A stretch of DNA of 63,017 bases, filler included, from Reclinomonas americana ATCC 50394 (taxonomy: Eukaryota), in the NCBI GenBank assembly GCA_048213135.1. It is 22 parts of 22 records of this genome, joined end to end, with 100 filler letters (N's around TTAATTAATTAA, not from the genome) between each part and the next. Parts side by side here need not be neighbours in the genome. Positions count along the whole stretch, not along the records: positions 1 to 3,070 come from AFZH01024344.1; positions 3,171 to 11,886 come from AFZH01024347.1; 20 more parts are not named here. One strand, given 5' to 3'. Position numbers and translations under genes: made by a program. How positions within the stretch are numbered: position 1 is the first letter of the stretch; the number at the start of each line of letters is the position of its first letter. Shown here in pieces: positions 1 to 11,727 of the stretch. The notes below the pieces were generated by a model. That model did no database searches, had not been told where the DNA came from, and saw only the letters and a list, made by a program, of their open reading frames with translations.

Positions 1-9
1 GCCGACCCA

Positions 10-32
10 CCTTCTCCCCCGAGGGGAGAAGG
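10..32. repeat. Palindromic REP-like hairpin CCTTCTCCCC-CGA-GGGGAGAAGG downstream of the ABC operon
   Basis: Perfect 10-bp inverted repeat at the contig edge. Resembles intergenic repeats common in Hyphomicrobiales. Confidence 0.55.
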
Positions 33-49
33 AAAGGCGCGATACTCCG

Positions 50-991
50 TCACTTCAGGAACTGCTGGACGTTGTTCTTGTCGACCAAGACGGCGTCGGT
101 GAAGAGATAGGGGCCGGAGGTGATCGTCTCCTTCGGCTTCTTGTCGACGACGATGGTCTGGATCGCGTCGACCGCCTGCTTGCCCATCTCCTCGAACGGG
201 ATCGAGACGGTGGCAGTGAAGGTCGAGGCCGGGTCGGCGATCCGGGCATAGGTCTCCTTGCCGCCATCGACCGAGACCAGCGGAATCTGGCCTTTCTTCA
301 CGCCTTGCGCCTGCAGGAGGTCGTCGATGATATAGGCTTGGCCGTCGAACGAGGCCCAGATGCCGTTGATCTTGCCCTGGTTCTGCAGCAGCAGCGCCTG
401 CATGCCGGCGCGGACGTCGTCGCGCCAGCTCTGGGTGCGGGCCATCGAGAACTTGCCGAGTTCCTTCACGCCCTGGTTCTCGGAGAGCACGTTGTCGAGC
501 AGCTTGCCGCGGATGCGCGAGGCGACGTTGAGGTCGAAGCGGGCGGTGATGATGTTGCCCTGATAGCCGAGCTGGCCGAGCAGATAGAGCGCAGCCTCGG
601 CGCCGACCTTGTACTCATTGCTCTGGATGTCGAAGAGCGCGTGCGGGCTTGAACCCGACTGCACGGTGATCACCGGGATTTTGGCGTCCTTGGCCGCCTT
701 GAACTGGGCGTCGGCCTCGACCGGCTTGCCCATGGCGATGATGATCGCATCGACCTTCTTGGCGATCAGCGCGTCGAACTGCTCGGCATGCTTGGGCAGC
801 GCCCCTTCCGAGTTCAGCAGCGTGACGGTCCAGCCCTTGGCCTTGGCCGCGGCGGCGGCGGCATTGGCGACGCGGGCATGCGTCTCCGACGAGAACTGGA
901 AGCCGATGACGCCGAGTTCGAAGGCCCCCGCCCCCTGAGCCATCGCGACGACGGCGGCCGCCGCCAGCAGAACCTTCCTCAAACCGACCAT
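50..991 (-). CDS. Sugar ABC transporter substrate-binding protein (RbsB/Peripla_BP_4 family)
   Basis: Signal peptide, 'LIAKKVDAIII', 'LVSVDG', 'PFEEMGKQAV'. Lies next to a permease. Confidence 0.9.
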   Translation of the reverse strand: MVGLRKVLLAAAAVVAMAQGAGAFELGVIGFQFSSETHARVANAAAAAAKAKGWTVTLLNSEGALPKHAEQFDALIAKKVDAIIIAMGKPVEADAQFKAAKDAKIPVITVQSGSSPHALFDIQSNEYKVGAEAALYLLGQLGYQGNIITARFDLNVASRIRGKLLDNVLSENQGVKELGKFSMARTQSWRDDVRAGMQALLLQNQGKINGIWASFDGQAYIIDDLLQAQGVKKGQIPLVSVDGGKETYARIADPASTFTATVSIPFEEMGKQAVDAIQTIVVDKKPKETITSGPYLFTDAVLVDKNNVQQFLK

Positions 992-1024
992 GACGACCTC
1001 TCCCCTCGTTATCGTTGTGAACTG

Positions 1025-1966
1025 TCAGACCTTGAACGCCGCCTTTTTCAACGCGCTGGCCGAGAAGGCGACCGAGCCGATGATGATGACGCCGAGAAAG
1101 ATGTCCTGAACGTAATAGGCTGCGCCCATCAGCACCAAGCCATTGCCGAGCACCTTCAGCACCAACGCCGCGAAGACGGTGCCGGGGATGTTGGGCTTGC
1201 CGGGCTCGAACATGGTCATCCCCAGCAGCACGGCGGCGATGGCGTAGAGCAGGTAATCGCCCGCCATGTTCGGCGCGGCCGAGGACAGGTTGGCGGCGAG
1301 CAGCACGGCGGTGATGCCGGCGCAGAGCCCGGTCAGCAGCATGCCGATGCGCTTCATCCTGAAGGTGGCGATGCCGGAGAGCCGCGCCGCCTCGTCGGCC
1401 TCGCCGGTTGCGACCATATGGGCGCCGGTGCGGGTCCATTTGATCAGGCCATAGGTCAGGAGGGTGACGGCGGTGAGCCAGATCAAGAGGTTGGGGATGC
1501 CGAAGCTCGTGCCACGAGCGAGGCCGGTGAACGAGACCGGCCAGCGCCCGACGAAGGCGACGCCCTGCGTGATCATGAAGGCGAAGCCCCTGGCGATCGC
1601 CGCCGTACCGAGGGTCATGATCAGCGAAGGCACGCGCAGCACCGTGACGCCATAGCCATTGGCCGCGCCGCAGAGGAGCCCGACCAGCAGTCCCGCCGTA
1701 ACCGCGAGCGCCGGGTGCTGCTGGCCCTGGATCAGCCAGCCGGTGACGACGGCCGAGAGGCTCGCGACCTCGGCGATCGAGAGGTCGAGCTCGGAGACGA
1801 TCAGGGCGAGCGTGAAGCCGATCGCCAGGATGGCGAGGAAGCTCGTATCCTTCAGCACGTTGACGATGTTCATCGTCGTCGCGAAGTTCGGCGCGAAGGC
1901 GACGAAAAAGACGATCAGGACGAGGCCGGCGAGCGCGGTGCCGTAGCGGCCAATGATCTCGCGCAT
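1025..1966 (-). CDS. Sugar ABC transporter permease (RbsC family)
   Basis: Multi-TM protein with 'ELDLSIA', 'VPSLIMTLGT', 'EAARLSGI', 'AIAAVLLG'. Confidence 0.92.
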   Translation of the reverse strand: MREIIGRYGTALAGLVLIVFFVAFAPNFATTMNIVNVLKDTSFLAILAIGFTLALIVSELDLSIAEVASLSAVVTGWLIQGQQHPALAVTAGLLVGLLCGAANGYGVTVLRVPSLIMTLGTAAIARGFAFMITQGVAFVGRWPVSFTGLARGTSFGIPNLLIWLTAVTLLTYGLIKWTRTGAHMVATGEADEAARLSGIATFRMKRIGMLLTGLCAGITAVLLAANLSSAAPNMAGDYLLYAIAAVLLGMTMFEPGKPNIPGTVFAALVLKVLGNGLVLMGAAYYVQDIFLGVIIIGSVAFSASALKKAAFKV

Positions 1967-1968
1967 CG

Positions 1969-2748
1969 TCAGGCGGTTCCCTTGGCGATCGCCGAGATCG
2001 GCGAGAGGATCTCGATGCCGCCGGTGACCGGGAGCAGCGCGCCGGTGACGAAGGCGGCGGCCGGCGAGAGCAGGAAGGCGATGACCCCGGCGACATCCTC
2101 GGGACGGCCGAGCCGCCCGAGCGGGGTACGCTGCGAGGCGCCCTCGACCAGCGCGTTGAATTCCTTGGCGAAGCCGCCGCGCACCATCGGCGTGTCGATG
2201 ATCCCCGGGGCGACCGCATTGACGCGAATGGCGTGACGGCCGAGTTGCTGGGCCATGCCATAGGTCAATGTCGCGACGCCGCCCTTGGCCGAGCCATAGG
2301 CGAGGTTTGCCCCGCCATTGCTATGGGCGATCGAGGAGATGTGGACGATGGCGCCGCCCTCGCCCTGCTCGATCATCCGACGGGCGGCGGCCTTCGAGAC
2401 GCGGAAGACGGCAGAGAGGTTGATGTCGACGAGCCTGTCCCATTCCTCGTCCTCCATCTCGACCATCGGCACCGGGCGCGAGGCGCCGGCTCCGGTGACG
2501 AGATTGTCGAGCCTTCCGAAGCGCTCGACCGCGAGCTCGACCAGCGTGCCGGCGAGATCACGATCACGGACATCGCCGGTCATGGCGGCGACGTCGGCGC
2601 CTTCAGCCTGAAGCCGATCAGCCAGCTCGACCAGCGGAGCGGCCTCCAGCCCGGAGAGGACGAGCCTGTGCGACGGTGCCAGCGTCATCGCGAGCGCGCT
2701 GCCAATACCGCCGGAAGCGCCAGTGATCAGGGTGACAGGCTTCGGCAT
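1969..2748 (-). CDS. SDR family NAD(P)-dependent oxidoreductase
   Basis: TGASGGIG Rossmann motif, YGSAK catalytic motif, 'IRVNAVAPG'. The likely start is MPKPVTL at 2748, not 3015. Confidence 0.92.
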   Translation of the reverse strand: MPKPVTLITGASGGIGSALAMTLAPSHRLVLSGLEAAPLVELADRLQAEGADVAAMTGDVRDRDLAGTLVELAVERFGRLDNLVTGAGASRPVPMVEMEDEEWDRLVDINLSAVFRVSKAAARRMIEQGEGGAIVHISSIAHSNGGANLAYGSAKGGVATLTYGMAQQLGRHAIRVNAVAPGIIDTPMVRGGFAKEFNALVEGASQRTPLGRLGRPEDVAGVIAFLLSPAAAFVTGALLPVTGGIEILSPISAIAKGTA

Positions 2749-2869
2749 CAGCCGACCTTGCCGACGACCGGGGAGAGACGAAACGCGGCGATGCGACGCG
2801 AAGGCGACATGGACCTCTCTCTGGAAACTGGTTCGATCTGGGTAAGACGCCAACTCACCAGCCGCAACG

Positions 2870-3070
2870 TCAATCGGCGTGCAGGCTCGCGGTTGCAGAC
2901 GCATGGCGCGCGAGGCCGGCGAGCGGACCATCTTCCTGTGCAGCGGCGACGAGATCGCGAGAGATCGGCACCAGCGCATCCTCGGCCCGGCGGAATAGGG
3001 CAAAGAGCGCGTCATAGGGCAGCTTGCGGGCGGGATCGGGCTCGAAATGACGCGCGACGGTGACGAGCGC
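2870..3070 (-). CDS. C-terminus of FGGY/xylulokinase-like carbohydrate kinase (5'-truncated)
   Basis: Manual translation gives ALVTVARHFEPDPARKLPYDALFALFRRAEDALVPISRDL, a typical FGGY C-terminal 'FEPDP...YD.LF..FR' helix. Not in the ORF track. Confidence 0.6.
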   Translation of the reverse strand, partial: ALVTVARHFEPDPARKLPYDALFALFRRAEDALVPISRDLVAAAQEDGPLAGLARHASATASLHAD

Positions 3071-3198
3071 NNNNNNNNNNNNNNNNNNNNNNNNNNNNNN
3101 NNNNNNNNNNNNNNTTAATTAATTAANNNNNNNNNNNNNNNNNNNNNNNNNNNNNNNNNNNNNNNNNNNNCCCCCTTGCCCCTTCCTACTTTGCGCAG

Positions 3199-6100
3199 GA
3201 CGAGCTGGACTGCTTCTTCGTAAAGAAAATGCAGGCCAGCATGGTGGAGCGCACCAACGCCTCCAACACCGTCAACTCCATCGCACGGATGAACTTTGAG
3301 TGGCAACGGTCGCCTGCGCGCTTCCACTCGCTGCAGGCGCGAGTCGACAGCGCCATCACCGCCGACGAGGCCAGCTTCAGTTCGGCACTGCGAGATACGG
3401 GAGTTTCGTACTCTCCATCAGCAGTCATCTTGTCCCCCCGTCTCTCACCTTCACCCTCTCACCGCAGGTTCTCAACACCAAGGATCACACCAAGTGGAAC
3501 TGGCCGCGCATCACCAGCGTGCTGGAGGGCCCACTGCGATTCCCAGAGCGCGTGGTCGACACGCTTGCGAAAACCAAGTTCTTCAAGCGCATGATCTCTT
3601 TCTACACGCCGGAGAAGCGCATCTTTTCCGAGATCCCCTTTTTGAGTGTTGCGTGACTTGTTGCGTGGAGAAGGGAGTGGGGAGATATAAGCTGATCTCT
3701 CTCTCTCGCACCTCATCAGGAACACGCGGTGTACTCGCGAGCCATCACCGCCCTGGTCGACTCGCTGATGGTGTGCAACGAGGGCGCCGACTATTTGGCG
3801 CGCAGCCCGCTGGCCGCGCAACTCACCAAGCATCTGGCGTACGAGTGCGAGTCGCTGCAGTCGCCGATTCCGTATCGTGTGTTTGATCCAGATCGATTGG
3901 TGAGGAGGTGGGGGAGCGAGGGGGAAGGGGGGAGGGTCGGCAAGGAAAGGTGGAGCGGATAGGTACAAGTGGGCAGGATGTGGGAGAGTTCATTCCACGC
4001 AGATAGTGGACAACACTCTCTCTTTCTCAGCGAGTGTGCGATTTTAACGCATACGTCGATGTCGATCTGCGCCATAAGCAGATGATGGACTTCTTGCTCA
4101 TATTGCGTTCTCCTTCGTGCAGTCACGCACCATGTGTCGCGAATACCTCGCGCTGGTCGGCCGACTGACGGCCTCCAAGCGTGGCATGAGAATATTGCTC
4201 GACACCAAGGTGCGCCCACTCTTGCCCTTAAACAGCCCTTCCCCACTCCTTGCTAATGTTCACCGCGCAACAGATGTTTGAATCACTGAAGGCACTCGTC
4301 AGCAAGAGTCTGAGGAGGGAGGACATTGGCCTGCTGATTGTCAAGTACTCGGACTTTTTCTCGGCCGATGCTCTTGTGTTGCGTTGCCGCGAATGCGAGT
4401 GGCGATGCGGCGATCATGGTGCTGACTCGGAGAGCACAGATATGAACCCACGCGCGATCTGCTGTCGGTGGCCATGACCACGGGAACGGATGTTGCGTTT
4501 TGTGAAAAGAGGGAGATCTTATGCCATCTCTCCATATCTCTGTTGATATGTCCTGCTGCCTGTCTGTCGCTCGCTGAGTGCGAGTGCGTCGTTCTCTCTG
4601 TATTTCTCTCTGCTTGTTTCTCACTATCTGTATCTCTCTATTTGTTTCTCGCTGTCTTTATCTCTCCGTATTTGTATCTCTCTCTATGTCTCTCTGTTTG
4701 TATCTCGTTTGTATCTCACTGTCTGTATTTCTCTCTGTTTGTGTCTCACTCTCAGTATCACTCTTGTGTCGCACTGCTTGTCTCACTGGTTGTATCTCTC
4801 TCTTGTATCTCACTTTCCTATCTCTCTCTCTCTCTCTCTGCGTGTGTCTCACTGCTGTATCTCTCTCTGTTTGCGTCTCACCACTGTATCTCGCTCTACT
4901 TGTGTCTCACTGCTGTATCTCTCTCTGTTTGCGTCTCACTGCTGTATCACTCTTTCATTTTCGCTGTTTGTATGTCTCTCTCTCCCTCTGTCGTGTCTAC
5001 TTATCGCGTTCTCTCTCCACTTTTGTTTCCCTGTCTGCGTCTATCCCTCTTTCTGTTTTACTGTACTCCCAAGTTTCTCTCTTTCTTTCTCGTTTTCTCT
5101 CTTTCTCTCTTTCTCTGTCTGCTTCTCTGCTCTTTTCTTTTTACATACTCTCGCTCTTTCACCCTCTCCCTCCCCCTCTCTCCCTTCTCCCTCACCCATC
5201 TCTTCTCTCTCATACCCTTGTACCCACAGAAAATCCGCTACCTCGCCACCATGGTGCTGCGCACGGTGCTGAGAAAGCGACTGCCCGATTTTGAATCATT
5301 CGGCATTCTCCGACTGGTTACACAGGTGCTGCTTTGCTATTTCTGTTGTGAGAGGGAGAATGAGAAGAAGAGTGGGAAAAGAGAGAGGGGAAGAAGAGAA
5401 GATGAAGCAGTGGCATATGCCTTTTTCAATTCTCTCTCTTTTCTCCCTTCTCTTCTTTTATCTCTGTGTGAGTGGAGAGAGAGTAAGTGAGAGGAAGAAG
5501 TGATCCACAACCTTCAGTCTTCCCTCCCAACTCTCCCTTCTCCACTTCAATCTCTGTGTGAGTGGAGAGACTGAGTGAGAGGAAGAAACAATCCACAACC
5601 TTCCCTTTTCTCGCCCAACGCTCCTTCTCTCCCTTCCTCTCTTCTATCTCTGTGTGAGTGGAGAGAGAGTGAGTGAGGAAGAAGCAATCCACATCCTTTC
5701 CTCTTCTCTCCCAACTCTCCTTTCGCACCTCTTTCTCTCTCTTCTCCCTTCTCCCCCTCCTCTTTTCTCCTTTCCTTCTCCCCCTTCTCTCCCTTCCTCT
5801 CCCTCCTTCCCCCTCGTTTCCCTTACCACCCCACCGCTCAGCTGGAGGACCCGTGGGAGGAAGTATGCAAGGCCGCCACGCTGATCCTGCAAGAGGCGGT
5901 GAACGACTCGTACAACTTGACCGCCTTTGCCAATGCGCGGCCGCCGTTGAGGGCACTCAACGAGCATCTGGTGACCAAGTTGCGTAATCTGCAGAACGAT
6001 TGCCGTCGACCGTCACTCACTCCGGCGTGCAGGCTGCTGTCGATTCGCGAGGGTCTCACGTACTTGTGTCAAACGGGGTGGGTGGATGAGCATCTGGATG

Positions 6101-9100
6101 CTTGGATTGTGCGGGCGAATGATGCGTGGGTGGACGCGCTGGAGTCGCAGCTCGAGGAGATCATGTCGCGGGGGGATGTGCGGTCGAGGGCCTCGGATTT
6201 GGTGTTTAACAGGAAGTGCGTGAGACGGGAAGGAAGGGGGAAAGGAGGGGGAAGGGAGAAGTGTGGGGAGAGGAGAGAAGAGGAGTGATTGAAACGATGG
6301 GAAGAAAAGAAGGAAGAGAGATCAGGAAAAGAGGGTATAATCAAGGAGGAAGAGGGAGAAGGAGGGAAGAGAAGAAGAGGAGAGATCAGGAAGGAAGAGA
6401 GAGATCAAAGGAAGAGGAAAATGGAAAGTTGAACCAGGAGAAGCGGAGAAGAGGGAAGACGAGGTGAGAGATGAAGAAGAGTGATGAATGAAAAGAGAGG
6501 GACACGTGGTATGAGACAAGATGACGAAGGAAGAGAGAGATCAACAAGGCAGATGAACAAGAAAAGAGAAAGAAGGACGAGAAATTCAAGATCGCAACGA
6601 GAGGTCAAGAAGGAGAAGGAAACGGGAATGGGACAGAGGGGAGGATGAAGAGAAAGACAAATAAGCGAAAGAGAGACAGATGGAATAGGGGAAATGGAAA
6701 GTGGGTAGAGAGAGTGTTAGGGAAGACAGATGAGGGAACACAGAAAGGAGATCAACAAGGAAATGACAGGCACACAAGAGGCAGTGTAAAGAGGAGAAGC
6801 AGAGAATCGATGAGATGGAAGACTGAAGGACAGAAGATTGAAGAAAATGGCAAGACAATGGTTAACAAGAAAAATGAGAGATTTCAAAGGAAGCGGAAGT
6901 TAATAGGTGAGAAGCGTCGAAATAGACGATGGGAAGAAGACAAAGATAGAAGAGAATGACAAGACAAAGATCAACAACAAAGAGATAAAGATGGAAGGAG
7001 AAAGTTGACGGAGGAGAAGAAGAGTAGATGAAAGAAGGGAAAAGAAAGAGAGAAGAGAATAATAAGATAGAGATCAACAAGAAAAAAAGGAGAGAGAAAA
7101 AGGAATGGAAGAAGTCCTCCTCCATCCCCTCTTCCTCTCGCACTTCTCTCTCCCTCCTCCTCTCTCTCTATCCCCTCTTCCCCACTGTTCCCTCTTCCCC
7201 CGTATCCCCTCACCCTCGTCGCCTTCCCCTTTTCTTGTAGGTCCGGTCGCGTCCGCCTGGAAGCACACCTGCTGGGCGAAATGTGCAAAACGGTGATCGG
7301 CGCAGACATGATTGGCGCACGCGGCGTCTTCCGGCAGTACGAGCAAGCGGTGCTGGATTACTACCAGCGCTGCCGCGATCCTGCACGACGCGACAATCTG
7401 GCCATGGCCGACTTTTTCGTTGTGCGCTCGGCGCTGTGGGCTGTGGTGCGTGCGCAGACGGAGAGAAGGAGGGAGGAGGAGAGAGAGGGGGGTGGTGGGG
7501 TGGGTGAGGAGGGTAAGAAAGAGAAGAAGAAGAAGAGACAGCGAGAGAGAGGGTGAGAAAAGAAGAAGAAGAAGAAGAGACAGCAGAGGGAGAAAGAGAG
7601 AGAGAAAGAGTGGGAGTAAGAAAGACAGAGAGAGAGAGAGAGAGGAGGAGCGAAGAAAGATTAGTGTTGAGAGAGAAGGAGAGAAAGAGAAAGAGAGGGA
7701 GAGAGAGAAGAAGAAGAAGAGAGAGTGACACACACACAAGCACACAGATTGTGAGAAAAAGGGAGGGAGAGTGGGAGTAAGAGAGAGAGGGGGGAGGGAG
7801 CGCGAAAGATTTTAGTGTTTGAGAGAAGGAGAGAAAGAGAAGGATAGAGAAAGAGAGAGCCGGAGACCAATGAGAAGGATAGACAGATGTAGTATGAGAG
7901 AAGGAGAGGGAGGAGGAGAAGAAGAGAGAGAGACACACACAGAATATGAGAAAGGGAGAGTGGAGTGAGGGAGAGTGAGAGGGAAGGAAGAGACGGAGAG
8001 CGATGGTGTGAGAGAGATGGACAGAGAAATGGAGTGGGGAGAGAGTGGGAAAGGAAGGGAGAGAGAGAGAGAAGGCGAGACAGAGAAGTGATATTTTGCT
8101 TCTCACGTGTTGATGTTGATTCAGATCACCTTGTTCTAACAACTCTGTTCTCAAATCAGGGTCAAATGATGTCATCGCAGTCGGGCTACCTGCTGGCGCG
8201 CAGTTCGGCAGTGCTGCCGGCGATTGTGACGCTGGCTGAGACGGCCGATTATCTGTCACTCAGAGGGTGCGTGTTATTTACCTCTTTTCGTTCGTCGTGT
8301 CTTCTCACTGCATGACTCCCGCCCAGTACCTGCTGCTACGTACTCGGCCTGATCAGCAAGCATCCAGACGGTCGCGCGGCGCTGTCGGCTCTCGGTTGGC
8401 AGAGCTATGCCGATCGACGGAGTTCGCTGGCCATCCCCAAGGACCCCACCGCGTTCCTCTCGGTGTGTTGTATGATGATGATAGTGTCTCAGCGCCTTTG
8501 ACTCATGTGGTGTGCAGATCCCGGAGGTGGAGTACGAGGGCTCGTCGGCGTTCGAGGACACCCCGCAGTATGTGCGATTGATGGACAGTGGGTTTATGGA
8601 GGGCAAGGATACGCCGAAGGTGGCACGGGATATTCTCGCCGAGGTGCTGCAGTTGGGGAGCTCGGTGACGGAGGATGCGCATTTCAAGACGCTGACCAAG
8701 TGAGTGGGAGGGAGGGGGAGGAGGGGGAGGAAAGGCATCGAGAGAAAAGGGAGGGAACAAGGGAAGAATTGCGCGTGAGCCAGATGGATCGCGCAAAAGC
8801 CTGCACCGCGAGACAAAACACGCACACAGTTCCTGTTGCCCTGGATCGCCGTCCATCAAATGCTCACCCTTCTCTTTCTTTTGCTGCAGGCTCCACGCAC
8901 GGCATCCCGCCGAATTCCAACACCCGAGTGTGCTAGCGCGTGTCATGGTGGTCGTCGAGAGATATCACCTGACGCTGGCGTCGGTGCGACAACTGCAGGC
9001 GTTGTTTGAGTTGCGTTGGAACTTGGCAAGTAGAGGCAGGGAGAGGGACTGCGTGAGACAGATAGAAGCGACCCGAGGTTATTGTGGTGAGCGTCATGCA

Positions 9101-9596
9101 GTTTCATTGATGCGTATCTCTCTTTCTCTCTTGTCTCTCTCCTGATGTCTCTCTTCTCGCTCGCACACATTCTTGTCTCTCCTCTCTCTCTCTATTTTCT
9201 CCTCTGTCTCTCTGTCCTCTCGCTCATTCCTCTCTCTCTCTCTTTTCTGTCTCTATTTCCCTCTGCTCTCTTCACTTCCCTCCCTCTTTTCTCTCGCTCT
9301 TTCCTGTGTCTCTTTCCTGTCTATTCTCTCTTCATTTCACTCTCGCTTTCTGTTTTTTCTCTCTCTCTCTTTCTCTCTCTTTCCTCGCTCTCTTTCCTCT
9401 CTCTTGCCCTACTCTCTCTTTCTCTCTTTCATCTCTCTTCACTCCTCTCGCGTTCTTCCCCTCTCGTTTCTGTCTTTCTCTCTCTATCTATGTTTTTCCT
9501 TGTCCACCCTGCTCACATGCTTGCGGCTCGGGCAGATTGGTGACGCTGCAGGGACACGACATGCCGGACTTTGACAAGGTCGTCGGTGTTGAGTGA
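3199..9596 (+). CDS. RICTOR: Rictor/Avo3/Pianissimo (TORC2 subunit), multi-exon, 5'-truncated, eukaryotic
   Basis: Spliced peptides 'VLNTKDHTKWNWPRITSVLEGPL...TKFFKRMISFYTP', 'HLLGEMCKT', 'SALWAV/GQMMSS', 'LSLRG/TCCYVLGLISK..G...L..LGW'. GT-AG introns include 3403-3467, 3648-3719, 5326-5841 and 6216-7240. Confidence 0.88.
4740..4950. repeat. Degenerate intronic minisatellite (GTGTCTCACTGCTGTATCTCTCTCTGTTTGC-like unit)
   Basis: Several near-copies of 'gtctcactgctgtatctc' inside a Rictor intron. Confidence 0.7.
5460..5700. repeat. Three ~90-97 bp tandem copies starting TCTCTGTGTGAGTGGAGAGA in a Rictor intron
   Basis: Copies start near 5461, 5551 and 5648. Each is followed by 'gtgag..gaagaa..atccaca'. 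Confidence 0.75.
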
Positions 9597-10220
9597 GGAT
9601 GAATGAAACCTCGTGTAATAACTCAATGAGCTCCTGTTGCGACAAGCATCCCATGGACAACATGTGATCGTGACGCGAACAGAGCGTCCCGCGGGTGTTT
9701 TTGACGCTTGCCTTCCTTCATGTCTTGCCAATCAAGAGCGTCTTGCGAATCAAGAGCGGTGGAAGTCACAGAGCTCGCAGGTTTTCCGCTAGGCGAATAA
9801 TACCGAGGCGAACTGTACCTCAGTGGGCCAGGGGTCGCAAAACACCGCAGTCACGATGGCCTGGCACCGAGCACAGGTGAAACCTTCGAAACTTCAATCG
9901 AGTCCCGCAGGACGGAACAATCACCGATGACGTCACTTTCGTGTCACACGCAGTCAGGCAATCTCCGTGGCGTGCATCCACTCCCACACCTCTGTGCGTC
10001 TTGCCTCTGTGTGTGTGCTCGTGTGCATTCGCTGCTTGCATTGCGCCACGCTCTCGCCTTCCTTTCTGCGTGCAAGTGTGTGTGCGGCCATTTCACACAC
10101 ACGCAAACTCACACATACGCACCCACACACACGCAATCAACCGCCTCTTCGACGTGCATCACGCTGCGTGCATTGACGTGGCGCAAGAGAGCAACTTGAT
10201 TCCACTCTTGCTCTTCAACA

Positions 10221-11727
10221 ATGACCTCAATGACGGCGAATGACGGACCTCTGTCATCATCATCCACCTTTCTGTCGATGAGCATGCTGGGACCGGCATC
10301 GCCTTCTCCGTTTACCGGCGCCGGCATGCAGCCTTCCATGGAAGCGGTGTCTGCGCGCCCGAATCCATTTGTAACGGGTAGTTGGCTGTGGGCCGCGTAC
10401 GAGGTGCTCGCCGAGCGCAAGGGAAAGCCCATGGGAATCCGGGATTTGGCGCACGCGGTGATCTCGTCGGGCAAGTTTCGATCGGATAGGTGAGGAGGAG
10501 GAGGAGGATAGGGGAAGGCGGGAGAGGAGAAGGGAGGACAAAGTGTAAGAGTATGCAGCATTGGGAGAACATTTGCAGATACGACGTGACCTCGTTGTCG
10601 CGCGACCTGGCAGAGCACATGATATGCAGAGAGTGGGGCGTTGTTCGTCCGAGTGAACTAGCATCACATCGCAGCGTCAGAACGTGGACCACGTGTGTGT
10701 GTGTGTGCATGCGCGACTTGGCAGAACAGAAGCTATGCAAAGAGTAAGCTGTTTCTCCTTCGAGTGAAACAGGGGGAAGCGAAGAACAGAGAAAAACGTG
10801 GTCTCTTTACCATGCGTGTTGCAGAGCAGATATGCAGAGAGTGATCCGTTGCTTCGTCGACGAACTTACAGAGCTTGGGGCACCGCAGTGCAGCGACATA
10901 TTGTGGGCCCACTTGTGTTTGTTTCTCTCTCTCTCTCTCTTTGTCTATCTCTTCGTAGAGCATATGATGTGCAGAGAGTAAGCCGTTGTTTCTCAGAGCT
11001 TTGGGCGCCATTGGGCACCGTGTGAAATGGGACAGAAGAGTATTCGGAAGGAGTGAGCCGTCGCAGAGCTGGGAGATCTGTAGCGCAGCGACAGAACGTG
11101 GACCGCATGTGTGCCTGTGACATAGCAGAACAGAATGCAGAGAGTGAGCCGCTGCTTCTTCGACTGAAGCAGGAGAGGTAGTGCAGAAGAACGTGTGTCC
11201 GTGTCTTTGAGTGCTGTTGAGCGATGATATGGAGGGAGGGGGCCGTCGAGAACTGGGGTGATCACAGCGTTGCGATTGGCCGTGGGCATCGTTGGAGCTA
11301 AACAAGAGACCAGCAGAGACTGAAGAGATGCATACCTTCTTGTCTTCCGTCTGGAGCTCAGAATAGAAGACTGCAGAGACTGAAGAAAAGCATACCTTCT
11401 TGTCTTCTGTATTTTCTTGACTGTGAGAGAGTCTCTCTCTCTCTCTCTGAGAGAGCATGTCTATCCTGCGATGTTTTCTTTTCGATCCTTCCCCTTTCCC
11501 TTCCTATCTCTCACCCCTTCCCTTCCCCCCACCACAGCGCCGACCCCGCCCTCTCCCTCAACGTGGCCGTCATGTCCGATCTCCGTTCCGCCACGCCCTC
11601 GTTCTCCCGCGTCGGCGTCGGAATGCAGGCTGTCATTTGTCTACGAAGTGAGTTGCCTGCACATCTCCTCCCCATCTTGCTTCCCCCTCATTCGCTTGTT
11701 TCACAGATGTGGAATACCAGCAAGATG
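10221..11727 (+). CDS. HARE-HTH (ASXL/HB1-type winged helix) domain protein, N-terminal exons, 3'-truncated
   Basis: Exons 10221-10489, 11538-11647 and 11707-11727 join in phase to give 'SWLWAAYEVLAERKGKPMGIRDLAHAVISSGKFRSDSADPALSLNVAVMSDLRSATPSFSRVGVG'. Confidence 0.6.

Noticed and set aside
615..3063. Long overlapping or antisense ORFs (615-2261, 788-2236, 2233-3063) and similar ones over bamA, lpx, czc and vir
   Set aside because: Shadow ORFs of high-GC genes with no recognisable motifs.
3071..3170. TTAATTAATTAA flanked by N runs, recurring through the window
   Set aside because: Artificial contig linker. It is not a biological repeat or CRISPR array.
5460..5700. Spaced repeats in a Rictor intron as a possible CRISPR-like array
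   Set aside because: Degenerate whole-unit tandem duplication in a eukaryotic intron, with low-complexity spacers and no cas genes.
4468..9574. Long Leu/Ser/Phe- or Arg/Glu-rich ORFs in the ORF track
   Set aside because: Translations of CT/GA microsatellite-rich Rictor introns.
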